Source of the DNA: Sminthopsis crassicaudata
Lineage: Eukaryota
Length of the DNA stretch: 64,000 bases
Assembly (NCBI RefSeq): GCF_048593235.1
Contig: NC_133621.1
Location: forward strand, 219,687,238-219,751,237
Reading direction: 5' to 3'
The translations under genes and the position numbers were made by a program. The notes beneath the pieces are model-generated. The model had not been told where the DNA came from. It made no database searches and worked only from the letters and a program-made list of their open reading frames with translations. Below, piece by piece: positions 22,800 through 33,601 of this stretch; the first letter of the stretch is position 1, and each line of letters begins with the position of its first letter.

Positions 22800-24887
22800 C
22801 TGTAGGGCAAGTAAGAGCAGGAAGAAAAAGTAGGGAAGGGAGAGAAGGGCCGAGGTCAGAGGGCCTGGCTCTTCCTATTTTCTCCTCCCACCCTCCCTTC
22901 CTACTTACGGGTGCCAGGCTGTCAGCTGGGCTCCGGGCTCGGTGTGGGACCTGTCGACGGTAGCTGCCCTCACTGGCTGCTGCCCCAGAATTCTGCTGCC
23001 ACTTGGCCTCCTGCTGGCGGATCCTAAGAAGCTGGAGGCCCTTTAGTCGATGACTCAATACTGCTTTGGAAGAAATAGGGATTAAATTGAGACTTTTTAA
23101 AAATCCATTCCAAACCCAATCTCCAGCACTTCGGGGAGATTCTCACTTTACTTAGGTTAAATATCCATTTAACCTACATGCTTCAGTTAGTTCCAGGATG
23201 AACTACCCATCAACTTTCTTCTGAGATTTCCTTCCTTTTAGATTTTTCTTTCTGTTCTCTCTAATCTTCCTTTACTTCCTATAAAACTTTTCATATAGGA
23301 TAATCCCCTAATAATGATAACTTTCCCTATTCCTCTTTTCTAAAGTCCTATCTAATCTTTAGGACTTCTATCTTAGCAAATTCTACGCTCCTACTGCGCG
23401 ACAGTAATACCCTTCATTTTGTCTCCTGATGACCTTTGGAAGCTGCCTTCACCAGGTGAGATGGTCCCAAGCATCCTTCCCAAATATATGTATTCATTTC
23501 CTCCCTCTCCCCAAACCAGGCATTTGAGGTCAGGAATGAGGTAGCAGAAGAGAATGGGGAGAGAGTGTCATATCAAGAGTCTAACTTACCATCATCATGG
23601 CTCCTGTGTTCCTCGGCTGTGAGTCTCCACTGAGCAAGGGCCCCAAGTGCCCCCAGGGCAGGCCAGGCACCCAGCAGGGCCCAGCTGTACCAGCAGAGGG
23701 GGGGCAGGGCGGGCAATGCCTGAAGCCGCTGACCCAGACGCCCACCTAGTGCCAGCCCTTCCAGGAAGTAGTCAGCACAGCCTACCAGTACAGCCGCTCC
23801 CAGGAGGGCTGTGCCTAACACGGTGAAAGGTCGGGGCCAGCGGAGGGTAAGCAGGGCACCTAGAAGTGCCAGTCCCACCAGGCCCCCTGTTGGCACCCAA
23901 GCGGAGGGTGGTTGATAGATGGGCTCAGTGCCCAGGAGGGCGCCTGCCCCCAGGGTCAGGCCCAGCAGGAGACCTGTCAGGAAGAGCCCCACGCTTCGGA
24001 CCAGCATGGTGACCAGCCCACAGAGGAGGCCAATGCCCAGCGCGATGCCCGCGCTCACCTCCAGGCTCAGTTGTGTCTCCAGCACCCGCTCCTTGTGGCA
24101 CAACAAGAAGATTACCAAGGCTCCGGAGAGCAGCCCGGACAGGAACATCACCGCCTTGAAGCATCGGTAGCCTGGGGGGGGCGGCACCAGATATCAGGGC
24201 GGGACCCAAGGGATGGGCAGGGAGACAAGGCAGGGAGAAGCCAGAGCGGGAAGGAATGGGAGGCATGGGACAGGTGTTGCGGGGAGGAGTCTTTGTGCAA
24301 AACTTGGAGGCATGGGCTGGCAGCCAGGAGAGAGTGTTTACAGACTCAGGAACTGGTAGAAAAGGCAAAGAATGGGATGGAAGCCTTGCTGAGGGGGGGA
24401 GGCATAAATGGGGAAGGCACCCTCCCTTATAAGGCAGAGAATTCAGTTTAGGGGAACAGTGATAAGGGAAGAGAGGATGCCATGAGTGTAAAAGGTGGAC
24501 AACAGCCAGAAGGACGGGAAACATTGGGAAAGGCAGAAGAAAGCCATCAGTGAAGCAGAAAAGTGGAGAAGAGATGTTATGAGGTGTGATTACTCTATTA
24601 GTGTCATACATTAGCGTGATACTGAAAGAGAAAGATAGCAATGGGGAGAGGCTGGCAGACTGTGGCAGCTCCTGCAGGGATGCAGCTGTGGCCTTGTTGC
24701 CATCTTCCTCACCAAAGCAGCAGTAGATGACTCCAAAGAAGCAGCAGAGAGCACAGGCCAGTGCAGGACCCAGCTCAGGGTTGTCTTGGGGCTCCAAGAC
24801 ACACTGTGGTTCTGGAGGCTCCGGGAGTTGCTGATTAAAGAGCCTGGGGTCCGAGGTCACAGTCCAGGAGGGTGGAGCCTGATCCAT
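22662..24887 (-). CDS. TMEM198B: Transmembrane protein 198B, intact spliced CDS (4 coding exons, 1050 nt, 349 aa)
   Basis: Exons 24887-24713, 24171-23590, 23063-22909, 22799-22662 splice GT-AG in frame with no stops. Contains TMEM198-family motifs [35 protein letters not shown] and [10 protein letters not shown]. Lies between MMP19 and DNAJC14, the syntenic position. Confidence 0.93.
22909..23063 (-). CDS. TMEM198B: TMEM198B coding exon 3
   Basis: [24 protein letters not shown]...SPADSLAP; donor GTAAGT; tandem acceptor at 23063/23060. Confidence 0.9.
23590..24171 (-). CDS. TMEM198B: TMEM198B coding exon 2 (multi-pass TM region)
   Basis: [10 protein letters not shown]...[15 protein letters not shown]; 582 nt open; donor GTAAGT. 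Confidence 0.95.
24713..24887 (-). CDS. TMEM198B: TMEM198B coding exon 1
   Basis: [58 protein letters not shown]; acceptor ccttacag before 24940; donor GTGAGG. Confidence 0.9.
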
Positions 24888-25545
24888 GGCCAAGGTGACC
24901 AGTTCTGTTTATTCACAAAAATTGGAGGGGGTTGGGCAACCTGTAAGGAGGAGCAGGATCTGCTCAGAGAAACCCCTGAGTGGCCTTATTGGCAACTCAG
25001 AGGGCCCTGAGGGAAGTCTTTCTAGTTTAACTCTTCAATCCATTTATCTGGAATTCATGAGTAGGCAGCGTGGTATAAGTTAGCATTAGATTTGGAATCT
25101 AAGATTCTGGACTTGAACTGTCTTGAAACAGTGAAACAAAATCCTGTGCTAACCTTGATCACTACTTCTGTGGGATTTAGTAACTCATCTGTAAATTGAG
25201 GGGAATGAACTGGATCTTATGATCCTATTAAGCAAGCTCTGGATAATTTGGGAGGGATTGATGGATATTGGAGTAAAATCAGACTTCAGGTCGTTTTTGG
25301 GGGGTGGGATGGAAATGGGAAAAAGGGCCAGGAATGCTGGTTGTGGAGAAGTTTTTTTTATTAGCTTTTCGATTAGGGTTTCCAGAAGCAAGTTCTGGAA
25401 GAAAGATTCAATCTGTGTTAAACCTCCAACTCTGCACAGTATAAAAGGGTTGGAAGTAATGGGGGGAAGTAAAGAAAAATGATTCATGGTGGTGATAGGG
25501 GGAGGTCCTAAGCATCAGCAGCTGAAGAGAAAAAAGTTAATAAAG

Positions 25546-25863
25546 NNNNNNNNNNNNNNNNNNNNNNNNNNNNNNNNNNNNNNNNNNNNNNNNNNNNNNN
25601 NNNNNNNNNNNNNNNNNNNNNNNNNNNNNNNNNNNNNNNNNNNNNNNNNNNNNNNNNNNNNNNNNNNNNNNNNNNNNNNNNNNNNNNNNNNNNNNNNNNN
25701 NNNNNNNNNNNNNNNNNNNNNNNNNNNNNNNNNNNNNNNNNNNNNNNNNNNNNNNNNNNNNNNNNNNNNNNNNNNNNNNNNNNNNNNNNNNNNNNNNNNN
25801 NNNNNNNNNNNNNNNNNNNNNNNNNNNNNNNNNNNNNNNNNNNNNNNNNNNNNNNNNNNNNNN
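25546..25863. other. Assembly gap in the TMEM198B 5'UTR intron
   Basis: N run. Confidence 0.99.
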
Positions 25864-26089
25864 TCTGATAGAGTAGAACTACAGACCTTGTAGCTTTTCG
25901 GAACCTTGTCCAGGATCAGACCCTGGGACAGTGTCGGAGAGAACAGCGCCGTTGCTCTAAGGTCCCCCTTCCTTCTCGCTCCTGTCTGAATGGGCGCTCT
26001 GCCCCCCTGGCACCCCATCCCTCTGACCAACTCAGGAAGGCATTCTTCCCGTCTCCCCCCTTGCCAGCACATTGTACAGGTTGGTAGAA

Positions 26090-28150
26090 CTAACGAGTTT
26101 CCTCGAATAGGGACAGAGTTAAAACGGGTTTGCATTGGGGGGCACTGGGTCTGGAAGAACGTACTCCTTCCTTGCATCAGAGTTCTCAGCAAGATGCAGA
26201 AATCGGAGCCTCCAGCTCCCGACTTCCCAACCCATCCCCCTTCCGATGTCCGGGGCTTCCATCCGAGCACAGGACGGGGAGTGGGGCAGCGATTACTCAC
26301 CGCCCTGCTTGACCCCGGGGACACTTTCCTAGACTCCCAGTGGTAGGTCGGCTCGGACGCCCATGGGTGGTGGGCGGTGGGGTAAGTCGTTCCTTTGGTA
26401 GCACTCAAAACTCCTGCTCTCACAGTGCGGTCCAAGCCCAGGCAACTCAATGCAACCAGCTGGGGGGAGGGGGGAGGGAGGAAGGAAACTAGGAGCTGCG
26501 GTGGGGGAGGGGGATGGAGTGCTGGTGTGTGTGTGTGGGGGGGGGGGGGAGTGACATCACGGGGCGGGCCTAGCCAACCCCACCTCCGGGGGGGGGGTAA
26601 AACTGGGAACTCACTCCCCTAGCTGGAGTCTCGAGACCCGAAACCTAGTCCAGGAAGTGTTTGGAGAGGAGGGTGTCTCGACTCTCTAGGACAAGGGACT
26701 CCAAACACACTAAGGGCTGCTCCTTTGCTTCCACACCCCCCGAAATCTCCGCTGGGGTCCCAGCGCCCCCCAACTCCGGCTTGGTTTCTTCCACTTCCCG
26801 GAGAATTGGAGTATTGTCTCCTGGAGAAAAGGGGTCGGCATCCTGGACCCCGGACAGTAGTCAAGGGTTCGGGGCGCCGACGGGGAGAGGCGGAGACTGG
26901 GGTATCTGGAAGCCCTTGGGAGAAAGGCTCAGCCTGGGGAACGAAAGTTCTCTAGGGGGAGAAGGGTGGGGGCTTCCTTTCCTGGGGTCAGAGGACTTCA
27001 GCCTCTGGATCAGACTCGCACGTTATGCAAACCAGAGGCGAAGCCGGGGTTCCCGCACTCCAGGCTCGCGCGCTGACCTCCCCCCGCCGCTCGGCGCGTC
27101 CTTTCCGACCCCGGCCTTCTCGGTAGCGCGGCCTGGAAGCCGGGTCCGGAGGGAGCCGGGGAGGGCAGGGGCAGCCAGAACCGGAGTGGGGACCGGAGGC
27201 ACGCGGGCGGCCCCGCTCCACTCGCTAGCTTTCCCCCGCCCCGTCCCGCCGGCCTGGCCTGGGCGGGGCTGGGAGTCCCGAGAGCAGCGGGGGAGGGAGG
27301 ATCAGTGCTGGAGTCCCAGAGGCTGCCAGAGGATGGGCCGGGGGTGGGTTCCTCGCCGCCCATTTCCTAGGGACATAAAGAAGCCTAGTCCTCCTCGGCG
27401 GCGGTCTGGGGGCGGAGAATGGGAGAAATGAGCAGGGCGGGATTCCCCTCCTTCTGATCCCGAGGGGAAACTGAGGCATGGGGGGCGGGGCTCTTTGCTG
27501 AGCCTTCCAGTCTCTTCGAAGGTTCGGAAATCGCAGCTCTCCGGTTCCACAGTTGCTTGTAGCACCCGCCCCCTTCCCCCCTACCTTCCAGGGCGGTACT
27601 GCGCTCTGAATTCCAGATTGCAGCTCGGGCGGACTCGGGCCCTTTAAGGGGTGGGGTTTCTTGCCAGCACGAACTGCCTCTCGCTGGATCTGACACGCGC
27701 GTGCCCCAGACCAACCGCTGTTGCTCCTCCCTTCCCTGCCGACCCCGGAAGTGAAAGTGTGCGGAGGTCGGCAGCAGCGGGGACGGAAGACGGAAGCGGA
27801 GCGTGAGCGGGAGGCCGAGCCGGGGGAGCTGCTCTTGTAGCTCCCCCGGGCTCCAGACCTCGCAGGAAGGAGGCCGTTACTGCCGCTGCCTGGTTTGTCT
27901 CTCTTCGCCCCCCTGCCGCTTTAACCCCGGCGTGAGAGCCGGCCTCGGGTTCGGGGGCGCCTTCCCCCCATCCCTCCGGCCCTGCCCCGCCCCTCCCTTC
28001 TCTTCCCGCGGCTCCCCTGCTTCCTCGCCCTCTCCCGTTAGGAGCTCTTCCCCTTGGCGGGTTTCTCTCTTTCCGCGCGTGTGTGAGGCTCTGCCCCTCT
28101 GCTTTGGCGGAAGGCTTCGTGATGGGGGACGGAGGAGAGGGTCGCGGTTC
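26090..28150. promoter_or_regulatory. CpG island, bidirectional promoter of TMEM198B and DNAJC14
   Basis: High GC with dense CpG. ETS motif CCGGAAGT at 27745-27752, GC boxes and G-runs. Candidate 5'UTR donors: GTGAGT on the minus strand after 26301 (TMEM198B) and GTGAGC at 27803 (DNAJC14). Boundaries approximate. Confidence 0.85.
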
Positions 28151-28281
28151 CTGATCTTTGGCAAATGGGTCTGAGCCGGGAGTAGGTAGAAGCTTCCCAA
28201 TTTGACGCCTCCCTTTTGTTGCAGGCACCTGAAGTCATCATGATGGCTGTGACCTAAATTCCTTCAGGAAGCCCCGGGGTC

Positions 28282-29671
28282 ATGGCCCAGCAGCACCCCG
28301 GGGAAAGAAAGCTATACAGGGCACCCCAGAGTGGCTCTTCAGTTTGGACTTCAGGGCCCACTGTGGGCCCCGACAAACTCTCATTCTCAGGATTTGGGGA
28401 CTCGGTGGAGGCTGCACCCAATGTATTGCCTTACAAGACATCCTTGTTCCACAAATACACCCCCCGAGAGCCCCACTCACCAATCGGATCCAAGCCAAGG
28501 CACTCCAGGGGACCCAGGACCCCTTGGGGAGGGAGAAGAGCTCGATCAGACTGAAGCATCTTCAGAAGAGGAAACGGGAGTGGACAAGGAGCTTTCAAGG
28601 GACAATGGGGCTGGGGACCTGGAGGACAGGGACTCTTCCATCCCACCTGTACCATCCGCCTGTAATTGTCAGGGAGCTCCCAGTGTTCCTGAGGGGCCTT
28701 TCTCTGAGGGAGGAGATGGTTCCTTTAGTAACTTTTGTACCTGCTGTACCCCCCCAGCCTTGGGGGAAGATGAAGATGATGAGGAAGCGTCCTCCAGGGT
28801 TCCCAGTGACCCTTCTCCTGTGTCCAGTGGAAAAAAGCCTCCACCCAGGAGGCAGCGGCATCGTATGCCAACCAAAGAGGAGCCTAGGGAGAGTGGTCGA
28901 AGGGACCCCCGGGCCTCTGGCCGTCACCGGCCTGGCCGGAAACGGAGCCAGGCAGACCGGCGTCGGTATTTGGTGGTGTGGGGGTTAGAGGAACTGTACC
29001 GACTGGGACAGAAAGGGTTCTGGTGGCTAATTGAATTGTTGGTGCTAGTGGGGGAGTATGTGGAAACTGGTGGGCACCTTATCTATTCTTGTGGACAGTT
29101 GAGAGGCAGTGATCTTGATCTGCTTCGGGTATGGGTGGGAAGCTGGGTGGGGCAGCTGGGGAGCTGGGCTCAGTTGGGGTTCCTGTGTCTGTGCCGGGGA
29201 CTTTGCTGTGGGGCAGGGCTTTTTTCCCACCTGCTCCGTCTCCTGTGTGCTGTGCTACTATTGGTTCTGGCCTTGCTGTTGGGCTGTCTTCAGCTGAGCT
29301 GGCGAGTCTTAGTGTGTATGGGAGATCGATTGGGTTGGCGTGCTCAGGCCACCTGGCTCATCTCCAGGCTGGATTCACCTGCTGTGCACCGATATTGGAC
29401 TTACCTCAAAGAAAGCAGGACATGGCAACAGTTGGTGGGGCTGGTGCAGAGGGGTTGGCTGGAGATTCCTTGGGTCAAGCAGAGGATCAACAGGCAAGGG
29501 GATAGGCCAGCATCTAGTGGGCGATACTGCCAACCTGGAGAGGAGGTGTCTCGGCTCTTGGCTATGGCTGGGATCCCAGAAGATGAGCTAAACCCCTTCC
29601 AGGTTCTAGGGGTAGAAGCCACAGCATCAGATATGGAACTGAAGAAGGCATATAGGCAGCTGGCAGTGATG
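28282..29671 (+). CDS. DNAJC14: DNAJC14 first coding exon (frameshifted near its 5' end)
   Basis: Acceptor ttgcag before 28225; ATG 28282; main ORF continues to RQLAVM; donor GTAAGT at 29672. Confidence 0.9.
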
Positions 29672-32212
29672 GTAAGTAATTCCCTTGTTCCCTGTCCCAT
29701 TTTAGTTTTCTTCTGGGAAGAGAGAATGGGATGAGTGCGTGTAACTTCAAGGCAGAAAGTTGTGGGGGGAGCACAGTTTAATTCTTGGCAACTCGTCATT
29801 ATTGCCCCAATCGGTGGTTTAGTTTCTTGTCTTGTTCTACTAGTTTTTAAGGAGTCATTCAGCCACATTGCCAGTGACCTAGGTGATCAAGCAAGGGAGG
29901 CTTCAACTCTTGGAAATTTAGTCTATTGGTATTTCATTTTCATTGAGATGTGAAAATAATTTGGAATAACAATCAATGGGAAAAGAGTGAGAAAAGGGGA
30001 GGTGCAAAAAGGATTGAGCTTAAAGGAGAAGAAGTTAAAGAATAGGTAAATAGGAGGTTTCTAAAGGAGATATGAAAGGGAGGAAGATGGTCAATACTTT
30101 GCTTGTTCCATTGGGAGGGAATGAAAAATTAGTAAAAAGACAGTTTAAGAAGCAGGTTTAGGCATGATATTTTCCATTCATCTTGAGTTATGAGAGTATT
30201 AGATAAATGAACTAGAGTTGTCACATTTTTGGGAAGCATTTTTACTATATGTGGTTTTCCCAACTTTCATCATGGAATCATTTTAGCTTCGAAACAGGAA
30301 TTTGATTCTTCACCTTTTTATTTTGTAGGTTCATCCTGACAAGAACCACCACCCCAGGGCTGAGGAGGCCTTCAAAGTGTTGAGGGCTGCCTGGGATATT
30401 GTCAGTAATCCTGAGAGACGAAAAGAATATGAGATGTGAGAAATGGAAAAAAAAATTGCTAAATGAGGGTGGAATGCGTCAGAGGCAGAGAGGGCCCTGT
30501 GGCTGGGGAGAGTAGGCTGTTCCTTGACTTCTGTTGCTGGTCAAAGAGAGAAGTATGGTACATCTAGTGCTGGAAGGGATCCCAGAGGCCATCTAGTTTA
30601 ATCTTATTTTAAAGATGGATAACTGAGATCAAAAGATGATTTACCCAAGGATTTTCTTATTTTTCTGGGAGTGTCCTGAGGTTGTACCATACCTCTTTTT
30701 TATCCCAGGAAACGAATGGCAGAGAGTGAGCTGAGCAGGTCAGTGAATGAATTTCTGTCCAAGCTGCAGGATGAACTCAAAGAGGCCATGAATACTATGA
30801 TGTGCAGCCGGTGTCAAGGGAAGCACAGGTGAGAAACGTGAGGGGGGAAATGTCAGAGATGGAAGGGCAGTATAGCTTAGAGATAGGACAGTTGAGGCTT
30901 TCCCTTTAAAGCTTTTTATGTTTTTTTTTTTTTTTTTTTAAGGATTTGGAGTTAGTGGTTGTGAACCAGAGAATAAAAAGACCTTGGGGTTGAGAGATGT
31001 GATTTGACTTAAGCAAAGGGAGAAAAAAAACTTAATTATTAATTAGAAAGGAGTGGAGATCCTGGATATATCTAATGAATGATATAGTAACAAGTAGTTT
31101 GTTAAAGTCAAAATATGCCTTGGCTACACTCAGGGTTAACGTGGGGGTTTTTGTGTTGGATGACAGGAGGTTTGAAATGGATCGAGTGTCTCAGAATGCT
31201 CGATACTGTGCTGAGTGCAATAAGATGCATTCTGCTGAGGAAGGTGACTTCTGGGCAGAGTCAAGCATGTTGGGTCTCAAGATCACTTATTTTGCCATGA
31301 TGGATGGAAAAGTATATGACATCACAGGTATACGTCAACCTTACTTCGGGGGTTAGAATGTGAGTAACAGAAATATCAGAAAATTTAGTTGTCTACATTA
31401 ACATACTATACGGTACTAGAGTAGATAACGTGGAAACTAGTCTTGGGGGGGCAGTTGGGGAGGGGTGCAGTAGGTATAGAGTATCACTGGGCAAGTCACT
31501 TAATCTTGTTTGCCTTAGTTTCTTCATCTGTAAAATGAGCTGAAAAAGGAAATAACAAACCATTCTAGTATCTCTGCCAAGAAAACTTCCAATGGAGTCA
31601 TGAAGAGTTGGACATGCCTAATCATTTGACTGAACAATTGTCTTGGGAAGGGCTTGGACATATGTTTACATAGGAGGGAGCCTAGGATATTGATTTGGGT
31701 TGTTGTGAGTCCTGTCGTTTGATCGATTTCCTCCCATGTTTGCAGAATGGGCTGGGTGTCAACGTGTGGGGATCTCCCCAGATACCCACAGAGTCCCCTA
31801 TCATATCTCATTTGGGTCCCGGATTCCTGGTCCTGGTGGGCGACAGAGGTAAGTAGTGTTTTTTTCCTGTTTCAGAGAACTGACTTTACAGAATTGTTTA
31901 ATATCCTAGTGCATCAAGATGTACTGACTTAATACTTAATCAGTAAAATATCCATGTATCATCTCACCACAATATTTTTCTTGTAGAGCCACTCCAGATG
32001 CCCCTCCTGCTTCAGTTGCTGACCTTCAGGATTTCTTCAGCCGGATCTTTCAGGTTCCCCCAGGCCAAATGCCCAATGGAAATTTCTTTGCAGCTTCCCA
32101 ACATGGCCCTGGGGCCACCCCATCCTCCAGGCCAGACAGCTCCACAGCACCCAAAAGTTCAGAAGCCAAACCGAAGCGTCGGAAAAAAGTCAGGAGGCCC
32201 TTCCAGCGCTGA
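28282..32212 (+). CDS. DNAJC14: DnaJ homolog subfamily C member 14; apparent frameshift at about 28421-28425
   Basis: Coding exons 28282-29671, 30329-30435, 30709-30828, 31167-31327, 31746-31848, 31987-32212. J-domain [10 protein letters not shown]...[16 protein letters not shown], Jiv90 Cys motifs CSRCQGKH and CAECNKMH, C-terminus [14 protein letters not shown]. The N-terminal MAQQHPGER frame differs by +1 from the rest of the exon. Confidence 0.93.
30329..30435 (+). CDS. DNAJC14: DNAJC14 exon (HPD motif)
   Basis: [36 protein letters not shown]. Confidence 0.96.
30709..30828 (+). CDS. DNAJC14: DNAJC14 exon
   Basis: [40 protein letters not shown]. Confidence 0.96.
31167..31327 (+). CDS. DNAJC14: DNAJC14 exon (Jiv90 region)
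   Basis: [53 protein letters not shown]. Confidence 0.96.
31746..31848 (+). CDS. DNAJC14: DNAJC14 exon
   Basis: [35 protein letters not shown]. Confidence 0.96.
31987..32212 (+). CDS. DNAJC14: DNAJC14 last coding exon
   Basis: [36 protein letters not shown]...[14 protein letters not shown]; TGA 32210-32212. Confidence 0.95.
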
Positions 32213-33465
32213 TGCCCTGTCTCTTCCTCTTCTCCACCCTACCCAGCCTTAGTGTCAGGGAGTCATAAGGGCTGTGTACAGCATAGGATGGAATTTGTTT
32301 TGTTTTGTTTTTTAAAATTTTGAATATTTAAAAAGTTTCAAGCATTAACTGTTCACTCAGTGACTTGTGGGAAGCCACTGAATCCCCACTCCGGGAACTA
32401 AGAACTGAACCTTGTTTGATGTCAATACCAAAGAAATAGTGGGGTGGTTGGCAGGAAGGGCCCTTGCCTAGAACATGGCTAAGATTGGGGTTGATGATTA
32501 TTTTATGGGGGACAGAGCTCTCTGGATTTGGAGGGCTTTTTACATTGTCTCTCTTTCTGAAGGCCAGGATGATATTCATTTTGTATTGGGCCTTTGGACC
32601 CTGTCTTCTACCATCCACATTAGGAGATAAAGCAGAGGTGGCAATTAGTCCTCACTTTCAGGGTGGGTAAAAGCTCAGGACCATTCAGGGAATGGGAATG
32701 CTGCCTCTTTCTATTCTGTGGTTCCTACCTAACCTCAGGGTTGTTTCTGCAAGTATGGCTGATTTGACAATTAAAAAAAAAGAAAAGAAAAAAGCAGACT
32801 CAAGTCCCCATGCCCTTGGGTGGATCTAGGAGGCAGAACAAGCAAGTTTGGTGGTGGTGGTAGTGGGGTTGTCCCCAGCTATCCTTATGTAATCAAAGAT
32901 TTTTTTTTAAGTTCATATTTATATGTACATATCTATTTAAAGCCAGGGGATTTACCTTTCTATAAATACAACTGGCAAGGTATGCCTACCTCTTTTGTGT
33001 GCCCACTTCCCTGATCCTGTTCTCTTTGTGATAAGGTTTACTAATCTGATACTATTTGTTGAGTAGGGACAAAAAAATTTTCAAAGAGCCATGGGATATA
33101 ACACAATAAGAAAAGGATTTATTTTAAATTTGAGATTAAGAATGTAGTTTTTTCTCCCTCACCTCCCACCAAATACTGCTGACTACCCTAAACTTAACAT
33201 CTGAAAAATAGCTTCTGTTATAAAGAAATATATAGCAATGATAAAAAGATTTGGAAAAGAAAAACTAGTACCAGACAAGAGTGTGGGCCCAGCCCCTATC
33301 CATCTTACTTGATTTTAAGGAACCTGCCCTTACTTGCAGGGGAGTTGTCCTTCCACTGCCCCCAAATTCATCTCCCTGGGGCTGACAAAAAAGGTCACTC
33401 GATCCTCAAGTATTGACAGTACTTTGTCCTTCCTTAGCCTGCACCTAAGTGATCATTGTCAAATC

Positions 33466-33601
33466 TTAGTACTTATTGATTCCAAAGAGACGGACACCAT
33501 GAAACTGGGGTAACTTAGGTAGTAGTACGCTGAGTAGTGAAGCAGTATTGATGATAAAGTGAGCAGCATCATATTTGGTGTAGAAGCTTGCCAAGAGGTA
33601 G
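33466..33601 (-). CDS. ORMDL2: ORMDL2 coding exon 3
   Basis: [44 protein letters not shown]. Confidence 0.96.

Noticed and set aside
23912-24893. 179-aa antisense ORF and 322-aa ORF overlapping TMEM198B
   Set aside because: Shadow frames of a GC-rich coding exon, and read-through of exon 1 into its intron.
25486-26450. ORFs of 135 and 311 aa
   Set aside because: They span the assembly gap; X-filled artefacts.
26661-28228. Several 100-256 aa ORFs on both strands
   Set aside because: Low-complexity Gly/Pro/Arg translations typical of stop-poor CpG islands; no domains.
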